Shown piece by piece: positions 6,284 to 13,040 of a DNA stretch of 14,300 nt. The stretch lies in IMG/VR virus record IMGVR_UViG_2579778919_000011. The stretch is one strand, 5' to 3'. The notes under the pieces are model-generated. The model saw only the letters and a program-made list of their open reading frames with translations. It ran no database searches and had not been told where the DNA came from. The DNA comes from a virus. Its lineage: Duplodnaviria; Heunggongvirae; Uroviricota; Caudoviricetes. Made by a program: the position numbers and the translations under genes. Numbering within the stretch: position 1 is the stretch's first letter; each line of letters opens with the position of its first letter.

Positions 6284-8728
6284 CTATTCTTCGCCCCCTT
6301 CGGCGGTGCTGCTGCCATATGCTCGCGGTATAAACTCCTCAGCCATCTCGTTATAGCCCACGTTGGTTTGCGCTCTGCCGTTAATGCTTCGCGTCAGGTA
6401 GCTGGCTCGGTACTCTTTTGCTGCTGATTTTATGGCGCGTGAAAACTTATTGACGGAAAGCGGTTTACCCAGCCCGTGATACTCCATAAACGCCAGGTAA
6501 AGATGATAAAGATACGCCCTCGGCTCTGGCTGGCCTGCCCATGTACCTCCGCCCATCATCATGCCTTTGGGTTCGTTCATGAAAAAAAGTGCCGCACACA
6601 TATCGATAACCGGATCTGTGCCGCGTTTAACGTCTAGCGCCTCCTGAGAATCGCGCTGCTCAAGTAACAGTGCCTTTGCTTTGTTCTGGTCGGAAAAGGT
6701 GGTTAGCAGGTGGCGGATAATCACCGGGATTTCTCGCCTGATTTTTGCGGTTAAATCCGGGTCTTTGTCTGCGTCTGATACCGGGTTATTAAACGGGAAT
6801 ATCACGCGGCGGCGGGCAATGCCCCCGTTTCGCTCCGTGAATGTCATCGGCTCGTTATTGGTTGCCATAACAACGGCATTTATCACGGTTGTGAACTGCT
6901 TTTCATATTTCCCATCAATCTCTACCGGATCGCCGCCCGTAATGGCTTTAATCCCCGCACCCTCTCCAACGTAGCGGGTCTGGTCAGGCATAATAATCAG
7001 GCTTTTCCCTACGAACTGCGCCCGTCCCCGTGCGGTGTCCAGCGTCATCATGCTACCGCTGGCGGTGTTGTGTTCACCTGCCAGCGTGGTTGCTATGCTG
7101 CTGAATACGGATTTCCCACTGCCGCCCTCGCCAGTTATCTCAATGAATAGCTGCCAGTCGTGACGCTTCGCCAGCACCATAAACAAGGCTGCTTTGATAC
7201 GCTCGGCCTTATGATGGTCGCCAGCCGTTGCATGATTCAGCCAACGGGTAAAATTGGGGGCGCTGGTGGAAATATTCTCCCCCGGCGCTGGCGGGGTGTA
7301 GGTGATCCCATTGTGGTTCATCAGCCAGTTACCCGGCGAATGGGCGGAAAACGTCTGCGTAGCGAGGTCATAAACGCCGTTATCAAAACCAATCAGATCC
7401 CCGCTCCGCTCACCAATTACCGGTATTTGCAGCTTCATGGTTGCGACAACCGATTTAATCCCTTTTTCGGTGTAGTGGGCTTCGTGCTCGTCGAAAATTG
7501 CCACCATAACCCTTTCTAATTCGCTGTCTGGTAGCTTCACCCATACGCCAGATTCGTAGCAGTAAACAGCGCCACTATCAGGGTTGACCGCCAACATATC
7601 CCAGCGAGATGAAAGCAACCGCGCTTTCTGGCTGGCTGCCATTTGTGCAATATCTCCGACTTCGGCTTTACGGCGGGATTTACCGCCCACAATGGCCTGT
7701 AGTTGTGGTTTCACGGCTTCCCCCTGAATCTGGTACATCGAATCGTTAAACGCAGCCGTAGCGACTTCCAGCCCGTTTTGCTGGCGGTAGTCGTCCCAGT
7801 CGGCTTTGTAGTCTGTCGGCGGCAGCGCCACCCAGCCAGCCACGGATAAGGCGGCTTTCTCTGCGGCCTCCCTGCCTGTATTGGCTTCTCCGTTTTGGTG
7901 GTGGTCGTTGTCTGCGGCGATAATAATTTGCGCCTTCGGGTGTTTCCGGCGCATTACTCCGGCAACGGGTAGCAGGTTGCCCGCGTCAATTGCTGCCACT
8001 GCCAGCGCGTCCGGGCGCATCAGGTGAACTGACAGAGCGGTAGCCAGCCCCTCGGCAATCACGACGCTTTGAGGCCGTTCCAGCGCGTTTACGGCGTAAT
8101 ATGCCCCGCGCTTTGCTGAACCTGTCAGAAGTCGCTTTTCTCCCTGCGGGGTGATGGTCTGCGCGGCTGTGACTGCGCCGGATTCATCCACCAGCTCCAG
8201 CAATAACGAACCATCGGGCATTAGCGGGTAATTGAACCCGGTCAGCCCTTTTGATTGCAGGTAATCAGATTCGCCCTGTGTGACGTTCTGGCGCATTCCG
8301 GCATACAGACGGGTAAACGTTGCCCTTCGCTGCTCTGCGTCCTCTGCTGCCTGTTGCTGGCGCTCCTGCTCACGCTGCTGGCGGTCAGCCTCCAGTTGCT
8401 CCCTTCTCTGGCTCGCTGCCGTCTGGTCGGTTTGTGCTGCCCGGTAATCAATACCCAGCACATCAGCGGCAAGGTGCGCCGCCTCCGTGGTGTCGCAGTT
8501 GTTAACCCGCTTGATTAAATCCAGCCCGTCGCCCGCGCCGCACTGATTGCAGATAAAGCTGCCGCGCCCGTTGTCGTCGAACCGGAAGCGATCCGTACCG
8601 CCACATGCAGGGCAGGGGGCATGGCGGCGTGATGAATCAGGCACGTCGATAGACAGGCCAGCCAGCACATAAGGCCAGTTACCAGCGGCGGCGGTGGTCA
8701 CTTCGCGGATAAAGTCGATATTACGCAT
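6284..8728 (-). CDS. Primase-helicase (P4 alpha-like / Pri-Rep), 814 aa
   Basis: N-terminal zinc ribbon CPACGG...CNQCG; Toprim-like motifs VVIAEGLATALS and IIIAADNDHH; Walker A GEGGSGKS in the C-terminal NTPase domain. GAGGGAG lies 7 nt upstream of the ATG at 8726-8728. Confidence 0.9.
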   Translation of the reverse strand: MRNIDFIREVTTAAAGNWPYVLAGLSIDVPDSSRRHAPCPACGGTDRFRFDDNGRGSFICNQCGAGDGLDLIKRVNNCDTTEAAHLAADVLGIDYRAAQTDQTAASQRREQLEADRQQREQERQQQAAEDAEQRRATFTRLYAGMRQNVTQGESDYLQSKGLTGFNYPLMPDGSLLLELVDESGAVTAAQTITPQGEKRLLTGSAKRGAYYAVNALERPQSVVIAEGLATALSVHLMRPDALAVAAIDAGNLLPVAGVMRRKHPKAQIIIAADNDHHQNGEANTGREAAEKAALSVAGWVALPPTDYKADWDDYRQQNGLEVATAAFNDSMYQIQGEAVKPQLQAIVGGKSRRKAEVGDIAQMAASQKARLLSSRWDMLAVNPDSGAVYCYESGVWVKLPDSELERVMVAIFDEHEAHYTEKGIKSVVATMKLQIPVIGERSGDLIGFDNGVYDLATQTFSAHSPGNWLMNHNGITYTPPAPGENISTSAPNFTRWLNHATAGDHHKAERIKAALFMVLAKRHDWQLFIEITGEGGSGKSVFSSIATTLAGEHNTASGSMMTLDTARGRAQFVGKSLIIMPDQTRYVGEGAGIKAITGGDPVEIDGKYEKQFTTVINAVVMATNNEPMTFTERNGGIARRRVIFPFNNPVSDADKDPDLTAKIRREIPVIIRHLLTTFSDQNKAKALLLEQRDSQEALDVKRGTDPVIDMCAALFFMNEPKGMMMGGGTWAGQPEPRAYLYHLYLAFMEYHGLGKPLSVNKFSRAIKSAAKEYRASYLTRSINGRAQTNVGYNEMAEEFIPRAYGSSTAEGGEE

Positions 8729-8740
8729 TGTGTCGCTCCC

Positions 8741-9331
8741 TCAGTGCGCCGCTGGCATTTCAGGCCAGCCGTTTTCATTCAGATCAGCAATGAAGTGATC
8801 GTGTAGCTCTGCCAGCGTTTCACGCCCGAACGGGGTTAACTCTCCGCGCTCCGCATCCAGCATGGCGCGGTAGAACACAATGGCGTTTTCCGTACCCTGT
8901 TCGACGCCGTATCGCTCAATCATTGCGCCCTCGATGTTGTTCGCCATCGCCAGCCGTTCAGCAAACGGGTAAATCACCATGCCCGCATTACCATTGGAGT
9001 AAATCGCCACCTGCGATGTTGTGCCGTCAGCCTCCGTGACGGAGGTTGTGCCGTTTTCGCGCTTCATTTCAGAAACGAACTTCGCAGCAATCAGCCAGCG
9101 CCACATAGTGACGTTATGCTGCGCGGTAAAGTCGAACCAGCCACGCGCCCCGCCATCAGCAACGGCAAAATGAATGGCGTAGCCGATATCGGGCGTATCG
9201 TCGTACTCTCCCGCATCCAGACGGCTTACAGCGCTCTCATAGGTGATAATGGCTACATGCTCATACATCCCGGCATCGTTGCGGGTCATGATATTGACGC
9301 CGTGCGGCGTTGCCTCTGCGTGATAGCTCAT
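8741..9331 (-). CDS. Hypothetical protein (196 aa), co-operonic with primase
   Basis: ATG at 9329-9331 overlaps the upstream stop (ATGA); the stop is 12 nt before the primase start. Acidic protein, no family recognised. Confidence 0.65.
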   Translation of the reverse strand: MSYHAEATPHGVNIMTRNDAGMYEHVAIITYESAVSRLDAGEYDDTPDIGYAIHFAVADGGARGWFDFTAQHNVTMWRWLIAAKFVSEMKRENGTTSVTEADGTTSQVAIYSNGNAGMVIYPFAERLAMANNIEGAMIERYGVEQGTENAIVFYRAMLDAERGELTPFGRETLAELHDHFIADLNENGWPEMPAAH

Positions 9332-9549
9332 GACTTGCCCTCCCGATATTCACGCATCACATAGTCAGCTAGCTTGCTTTCGGCTTCTTCCATTGCCTCC
9401 GGGACGCCATGCAGCAAAGTGAGGATTGAACCGATAAGACGCGGAAGGTCGGGGCTAGTGTCTTTGGTGGTGCTCTCCAGCCACATGGATAAAACAGCCT
9501 GTGCCTGTTCAATCTGACAGGTGGCATCAATCAGTTGTAACTGGCTCAT
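9328..9549 (-). CDS. Hypothetical small protein (73 aa)
   Basis: ATG at 9547-9549 overlaps the stop of the Icd-like ORF (ATGA). Translationally coupled position within the operon. Confidence 0.55.
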   Translation of the reverse strand: MSQLQLIDATCQIEQAQAVLSMWLESTTKDTSPDLPRLIGSILTLLHGVPEAMEEAESKLADYVMREYREGKS

Positions 9550-9734
9550 GCTGCCACCTCCAGACGGATACGGCCTGCAAAGAAACAGACGTGATCCCGC
9601 GCCAGCGTGCGGCGAGCTTCGCGCTCAGTTTCAGCAGCAATGTGATGGATTTTGGCGGTAATTGTCGGCATATCGCGGCGAACTGCTGCGATAATCCAGA
9701 TAAATTGCGGTTTTTGGGTAGGGGTAGTAGCCAT
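9546..9734 (-). CDS. Icd-like small protein (62 aa; host cell division inhibitor-like)
   Basis: The ATG at 9732-9734 is preceded by AGGAGG at 7-nt spacing. The sequence MATTPTQKPQFIWIIAAVRR...EREARRTLARDHVCFFAGRIRLE fits my recollection of Icd-like proteins in P4-type islands. The 249-aa ORF in the track is an upstream read-through of this gene. Confidence 0.6.
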   Translation of the reverse strand: MATTPTQKPQFIWIIAAVRRDMPTITAKIHHIAAETEREARRTLARDHVCFFAGRIRLEVAA

Positions 9735-9761
9735 TATGGCAGCCTCCTTTGTGTTTAAGGA

Positions 9762-9800
9762 GTCACCGCCTGATGTGCAAATATCATGATTGGCGGTGAC
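9762..9800 (-). promoter_or_regulatory. Perfect 9-bp inverted repeat GTCACCGCC-N21-GGCGGTGAC upstream of the Icd-like gene
   Basis: Arms at 9762-9770 and 9792-9800. The spacer contains the palindrome ATCATGAT. It lies 28 nt upstream of the Icd-like start and could be an operator or an RNA stem-loop in the 5' leader. Confidence 0.4.
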
Positions 9801-9923
9801 GTTAGCAGGGTTTGCACTACCGGACACAAAGGAAACCGGCCTACGCGAACGTAGCCCCACTAACGCCACCATTGATACAGTACGGGTAAGTCCGCTGATT
9901 TGATGTGCGTAGTGAATGGACAC

Positions 9924-9946
9924 AAAAAAAGACGCTTTCGGCGTCT
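9924..9946 (-). terminator. Rho-independent terminator (minus strand)
   Basis: Minus strand reads A-GACGC-CGAAA-GCGTC-TTTTTTT: a GC-rich 5-6 bp stem, 5-nt loop and a T7 tract. It is in the non-coding region between the 60-aa ORF and the Icd-like gene. Confidence 0.5.
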
Positions 9947-10005
9947 GTGTCGCCCTTAGTGTGTTCGGGGTGCAAATCCCGGTTGCTGATTTTGCAGCAA
10001 CGCTT
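9924..10005 (-). ncRNA. Candidate small structured RNA ending at the terminator (possible C4/CI-like immunity RNA)
   Basis: Between a weak TATAGT-like -10 (around 10010-10016 on the minus strand) and the terminator, the minus strand can form three hairpins: GTTGCTG-N6-CAGCAAC (9982-10001), CGGG-N8-CCCG (about 9966-9981) and the terminator stem. The predicted length of about 80 nt and the position upstream of an icd-like gene match the P1 c4 / P4 CI arrangement. Inference only. Confidence 0.25.
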
Positions 10006-10233
10006 GGACTATAACAGCTTTTCTCTGCTAGGTGGTCATACCAGATAAAACCGTAACCCTTTAAGAGTTTTTCCTGTGCACGGCTCACCATCTTTTTGTT
10101 GAGGGTAAGCGCCTCGCGTACTGGTAACGGAACTCCGGGCGCTGCGGTATCAATATCAGGTTTTGTAAGGTTGCAGATGTCAACTTTTGACAACATGCCA
10201 GCCAGATTAAAGGCTTCTTTCTGGGCGGCAGGT

Positions 10234-10416
10234 TCATTCAGTATCACGGCGCACCTCCACGAACTCATTAACGAATCTCTCCAAAGGCTGAACACATGGC
10301 GACTGATAGCCCTCGCGGTAAAAGGTCACTCGGTTATGCTCGACGCGCTGTACGGTCACTACAGCCCCGTGCGAATCCTTGTAACGGCTTCCCGGCATCG
10401 GATTGTGGTTACGCAT
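10234..10416 (-). CDS. Hypothetical small protein (60 aa)
   Basis: The ATG at 10414-10416 has GGAGG at 6-nt spacing, embedded in the 3' end of the antirepressor gene (8-nt overlap). Sequence MRNHNPMPGSRYKDSHGAVVTVQRVEHNRVTFYREGY.... Confidence 0.6.
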   Translation of the reverse strand: MRNHNPMPGSRYKDSHGAVVTVQRVEHNRVTFYREGYQSPCVQPLERFVNEFVEVRRDTE

Positions 10417-11242
10417 GGTTTACCTCCAGACGTTTAGCGAGCCAGCGTTGCGACAGGCGGGTGAGTTCTCCTTTGCGCTGCTCATATTCCATGCCCATAT
10501 CAATTAACGTGATATTGGTGCTTTCGAGATAGGCGAGGTGTTCAAGCTGTGCTGCGTTCATGCTGTCCCGTGGTTCGCCAGTAATGCCATTTGCCTGCGC
10601 CCACTGCTTCGCCGTCATGCCACCCAGCACGATACGGGCGATCATGTTGCTCTCGTTGCTGTAGTGGCGCTGCTGCGTCGTTTTACCCAGCTCGGCACGG
10701 GCCATATTCAGCGCATCGCACATCGGCTTAAAGTTGTTTGCGGCACTGATACGGGCTTTTAGCTGGCGACGATAGCGGGCGGCGATTTCAGGCACGCTAC
10801 GCTGTAATTCTTCCTCGCACTGGATGAAATAACGGCGGATAGCGCGGCCCTGTTCGGTGCGTTCGATCATTGCCAGTTCTTTCGCCATTCCGACACTTAA
10901 CAGATAGTCTTTGCCGGGTCTGCCAGACTGTTTAATCTTGCTGTAAGCCGTGCCATTCGGGCTTTTCCCCAGATTTGGGGAAATTGTTTTATGGACTGAG
11001 TAATCGTGCCCAATGGTGAAGTCATATTCAGAGATGCGATCAGTGATCCATGTAGAGAAGTCTTTTCCCACGCCCAACGCTTTGTGTAACGCTTTTGCGC
11101 TAACAATATTGGTTTCACGCCCACCGATATGACCAGGAATAACCGGGACAATTGCGGCAAATTCATTACCGTTAATTGTGCCCTGATAGGCGTTCAGATG
11201 AGGGGCGGCCTCAGAAATTAATCTGCTTTTTTCGATGTTCAT
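10409..11242 (-). CDS. Phage antirepressor, AntA-domain protein (277 aa)
   Basis: The N-terminal region AKALHKALGVGKDFSTWITDRISEYDFTIGHDY...LSVGMAKELAMIERTEQGRAIRRYFIQCEE matches the AntA/AntB antirepressor domain signature (DFSTWI, MAKELAM, RRYFI). GGAG lies 9 nt upstream of the ATG at 11240-11242. Confidence 0.75.
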   Translation of the reverse strand: MNIEKSRLISEAAPHLNAYQGTINGNEFAAIVPVIPGHIGGRETNIVSAKALHKALGVGKDFSTWITDRISEYDFTIGHDYSVHKTISPNLGKSPNGTAYSKIKQSGRPGKDYLLSVGMAKELAMIERTEQGRAIRRYFIQCEEELQRSVPEIAARYRRQLKARISAANNFKPMCDALNMARAELGKTTQQRHYSNESNMIARIVLGGMTAKQWAQANGITGEPRDSMNAAQLEHLAYLESTNITLIDMGMEYEQRKGELTRLSQRWLAKRLEVNHA

Positions 11243-11254
11243 TTTCAGTCTCCG

Positions 11255-11689
11255 TTAGGCGGCGGTGAGATTGTCCGGGTATAGGTTGAGAATGTCGGCA
11301 ATTTCAGGCTGAGAAAGTCCCTGATAGCCGCCAGCGTCGGCGTTATGGTTCACAAGCCGAATAACTTTTAGAACGTCACCGCGCCCGGTAAAGCGATAGC
11401 GTAAATGTGACCCTATCCCGTCGGGGTTCTTTTCGTCTATACGCTCAAGCTGAATATCAAGCCTGCGCTCTAACTCGCTGGCGTAGTTCCTTCCAGATGA
11501 AAGGCGGCAATATCGCAGAATGTCGTTTTCTGTCCATCCCTCTACGCCAGTACGCAGCATATAGACGCGGGCGCGGTGTTTCTTTGGGGTTCGCTTAGGT
11601 ACTTGTACCGGGCTGGTGGTCGGCGTAATATCAGACGTGCGAATATCTGAGTTAGCCGCCTGCTGTACGGGGCGGTTTTTCTTTTTCAT
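11255..11689 (-). CDS. Hypothetical protein (144 aa), basic N-terminus
   Basis: ATG at 11687-11689 overlaps the alpA stop (TAATG). Lys/Arg/Pro-rich N-terminal region; no family recognised. Confidence 0.65.
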   Translation of the reverse strand: MKKKNRPVQQAANSDIRTSDITPTTSPVQVPKRTPKKHRARVYMLRTGVEGWTENDILRYCRLSSGRNYASELERRLDIQLERIDEKNPDGIGSHLRYRFTGRGDVLKVIRLVNHNADAGGYQGLSQPEIADILNLYPDNLTAA

Positions 11690-11892
11690 TACGCCACCTT
11701 TCCCCGGCGCTCCGCCAGCCAGTTGTGAATATCAGCCGCATCAAAGGCGGTAATCTTCTCGCCCAGCTTTACCGGACGTGGTAGTGAACCGTTTCTTACT
11801 TTACGGTCGATGGTGGATACACTAACGCCCAGCAATTCAGCCAGGCGAAAGCGTCTGATATAGCCTTTTGTAGGGATAGTGTCGATGTTCAT
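11689..11892 (-). CDS. alpA: AlpA-family phage transcriptional regulator (67 aa)
   Basis: RFRLAELLGVSVSTIDRKVRNGSLPRPVKLGEKITAFDAADIHNWL matches the AlpA/excisionase-like helix-turn-helix pattern. It sits in the typical position near the integrase. Confidence 0.85.
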   Translation of the reverse strand: MNIDTIPTKGYIRRFRLAELLGVSVSTIDRKVRNGSLPRPVKLGEKITAFDAADIHNWLAERRGKVA

Positions 11893-11896
11893 GATT

Positions 11897-11935
11897 CCCG
11901 TAACCTCTTAGCGATAGTTGTTGCTTCGTTACGGG
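11897..11935 (-). promoter_or_regulatory. Inverted repeat CCCGTAAC-N23-GTTACGGG immediately upstream of the alpA start
   Basis: 8-bp arms at 11897-11904 and 11928-11935. On the minus strand the structure encloses the alpA ribosome-binding region (GAGG), so it is a candidate operator or RBS-sequestering hairpin. Confidence 0.35.
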
Positions 11936-11986
11936 TATTTAATGGCAAATTCAGTAGTCAATGTTCCAAATTTAAAATGGTCAGTT

Positions 11987-12940
11987 TCAAATTTTGAAGT
12001 ATTTCTCAATGGTTGCAGAGGAAGGCATACCCATGCCGGCGAGCTTGCCTTCTCTCTGCTTATCCTCCAGAAATTTTATTAGAATTTCATAGCGTTTATT
12101 GGGATTTGCGGTTATTACATCTTCACCCAGCTCAGGTACGCATCGGATTAGCATTTCAATAAACTCACCAACCTTATTGCTGTTCACTGTTGGCGCTATT
12201 TGCTTTTGCTCGCTGGGTTCTGGCGGGATGGTAACGCCTCCGTTAATCATGCTTTTCATTGGCTCGCCTGTGTCTATTGCGTCTTTTAGTTTTAAGATGG
12301 TATCTCTGGCAATAAATAGATCGGAGATTGTCAAAGTCTCATTAAGCGCAGGTTTTCGGCTCTCACTTAACTGAAACCCTATGCTTTCGGCTAGTTGTCT
12401 GTTTAGCGTCGGTAGCCAGCTCTGATTAAAATATCTATCGCTAATTATATGACACGAAAGGCCAGTCTTCTCGCGGAAAGTATCCCATCCGAACGGCCTG
12501 AAAATTGTCGTATCTATCACCCTTGCCCTCTCAGAATAAAGGAGGCTTTCTATTTCACCATGTCCCAGACACCATAGCCCATGCGCCAATCCCCTAAATA
12601 AAATAAACCCACCATCTGTTTTGTATACGTCATGCTCGGTGAGAAAGGAATTAAAATGAGATACATAGTTGCTATCACGAAAAAGAAATGATGAGTTTAC
12701 TTTGTGTTCGTTATAAAACTCAATTGGATCTTGAATGTCTTGGCCGCCTACAAAAACCAGCGCAGAACAGAAATACCTCATCATTACACATAAGGGGATC
12801 GCACCAATAACACCATAGTGAAGTAAATCATCTGTATCACATTGTAAAATACTAGCTGCCCTGTCGAGCTTAAAGTATTCCATAGGTGGGATTTTAATAC
12901 TGCTGTGGGCTTCTTTTTTGGTCATCGCGTCACCTTTCAC
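11987..12940 (-). CDS. AT-rich cargo protein of unknown function (317 aa; alternative ATG start at 12925)
   Basis: Long ORF between int and alpA. Hand-counted GC of three 60-nt blocks is about 28-43 percent, against about 70 percent in one block of the primase gene. AAGG lies upstream of the GTG at 12938-12940, and the ATG at 12923-12925 also has an SD-like AAAGGTGA. No catalytic motif recognised. Confidence 0.7.
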   Translation of the reverse strand: MKGDAMTKKEAHSSIKIPPMEYFKLDRAASILQCDTDDLLHYGVIGAIPLCVMMRYFCSALVFVGGQDIQDPIEFYNEHKVNSSFLFRDSNYVSHFNSFLTEHDVYKTDGGFILFRGLAHGLWCLGHGEIESLLYSERARVIDTTIFRPFGWDTFREKTGLSCHIISDRYFNQSWLPTLNRQLAESIGFQLSESRKPALNETLTISDLFIARDTILKLKDAIDTGEPMKSMINGGVTIPPEPSEQKQIAPTVNSNKVGEFIEMLIRCVPELGEDVITANPNKRYEILIKFLEDKQREGKLAGMGMPSSATIEKYFKI

Positions 12941-13040
12941 GCTGTGCCTTAAAGAGTGATTGAGCCAGGCGGTAAGGCTTCCCGCTTTTCGCCCCGTCGG
13001 GCTAGGCTCAATCTGTCCTCTGATTCTTTACATATCTTGG

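Noticed and set aside
6681-8518. Several plus-strand ORFs of 61-119 aa inside the primase-helicase gene
   Set aside because: They are antisense to an 814-aa ORF with clear zinc-ribbon, Toprim and Walker A motifs, have no ribosome-binding sites that I can see, and are typical antisense frames of a GC-rich gene.
9771-9908. Exact 8-mer TGATGTGC repeated at 9771 and 9901, considered as possible seqA/seqC-like antisense targets
   Set aside because: An 8-mer recurring once within about 500 bp is near chance expectation, and I found no complementary seqB-like element. Not reported as a feature.
9546-10295. 249-aa minus-strand ORF spanning the structured non-coding region
   Set aside because: Only the last 62 codons follow a strong AGGAGG-spaced ATG (9734). 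The upstream 187 codons run through a terminator hairpin and a T7 tract and have no ribosome-binding site. Treated as read-through of the Icd-like gene.
10096-10437. 113-aa plus-strand ORF across the antirepressor and 60-aa gene junction
   Set aside because: It is antisense to two well-supported, translationally coupled minus-strand genes and has no start context.
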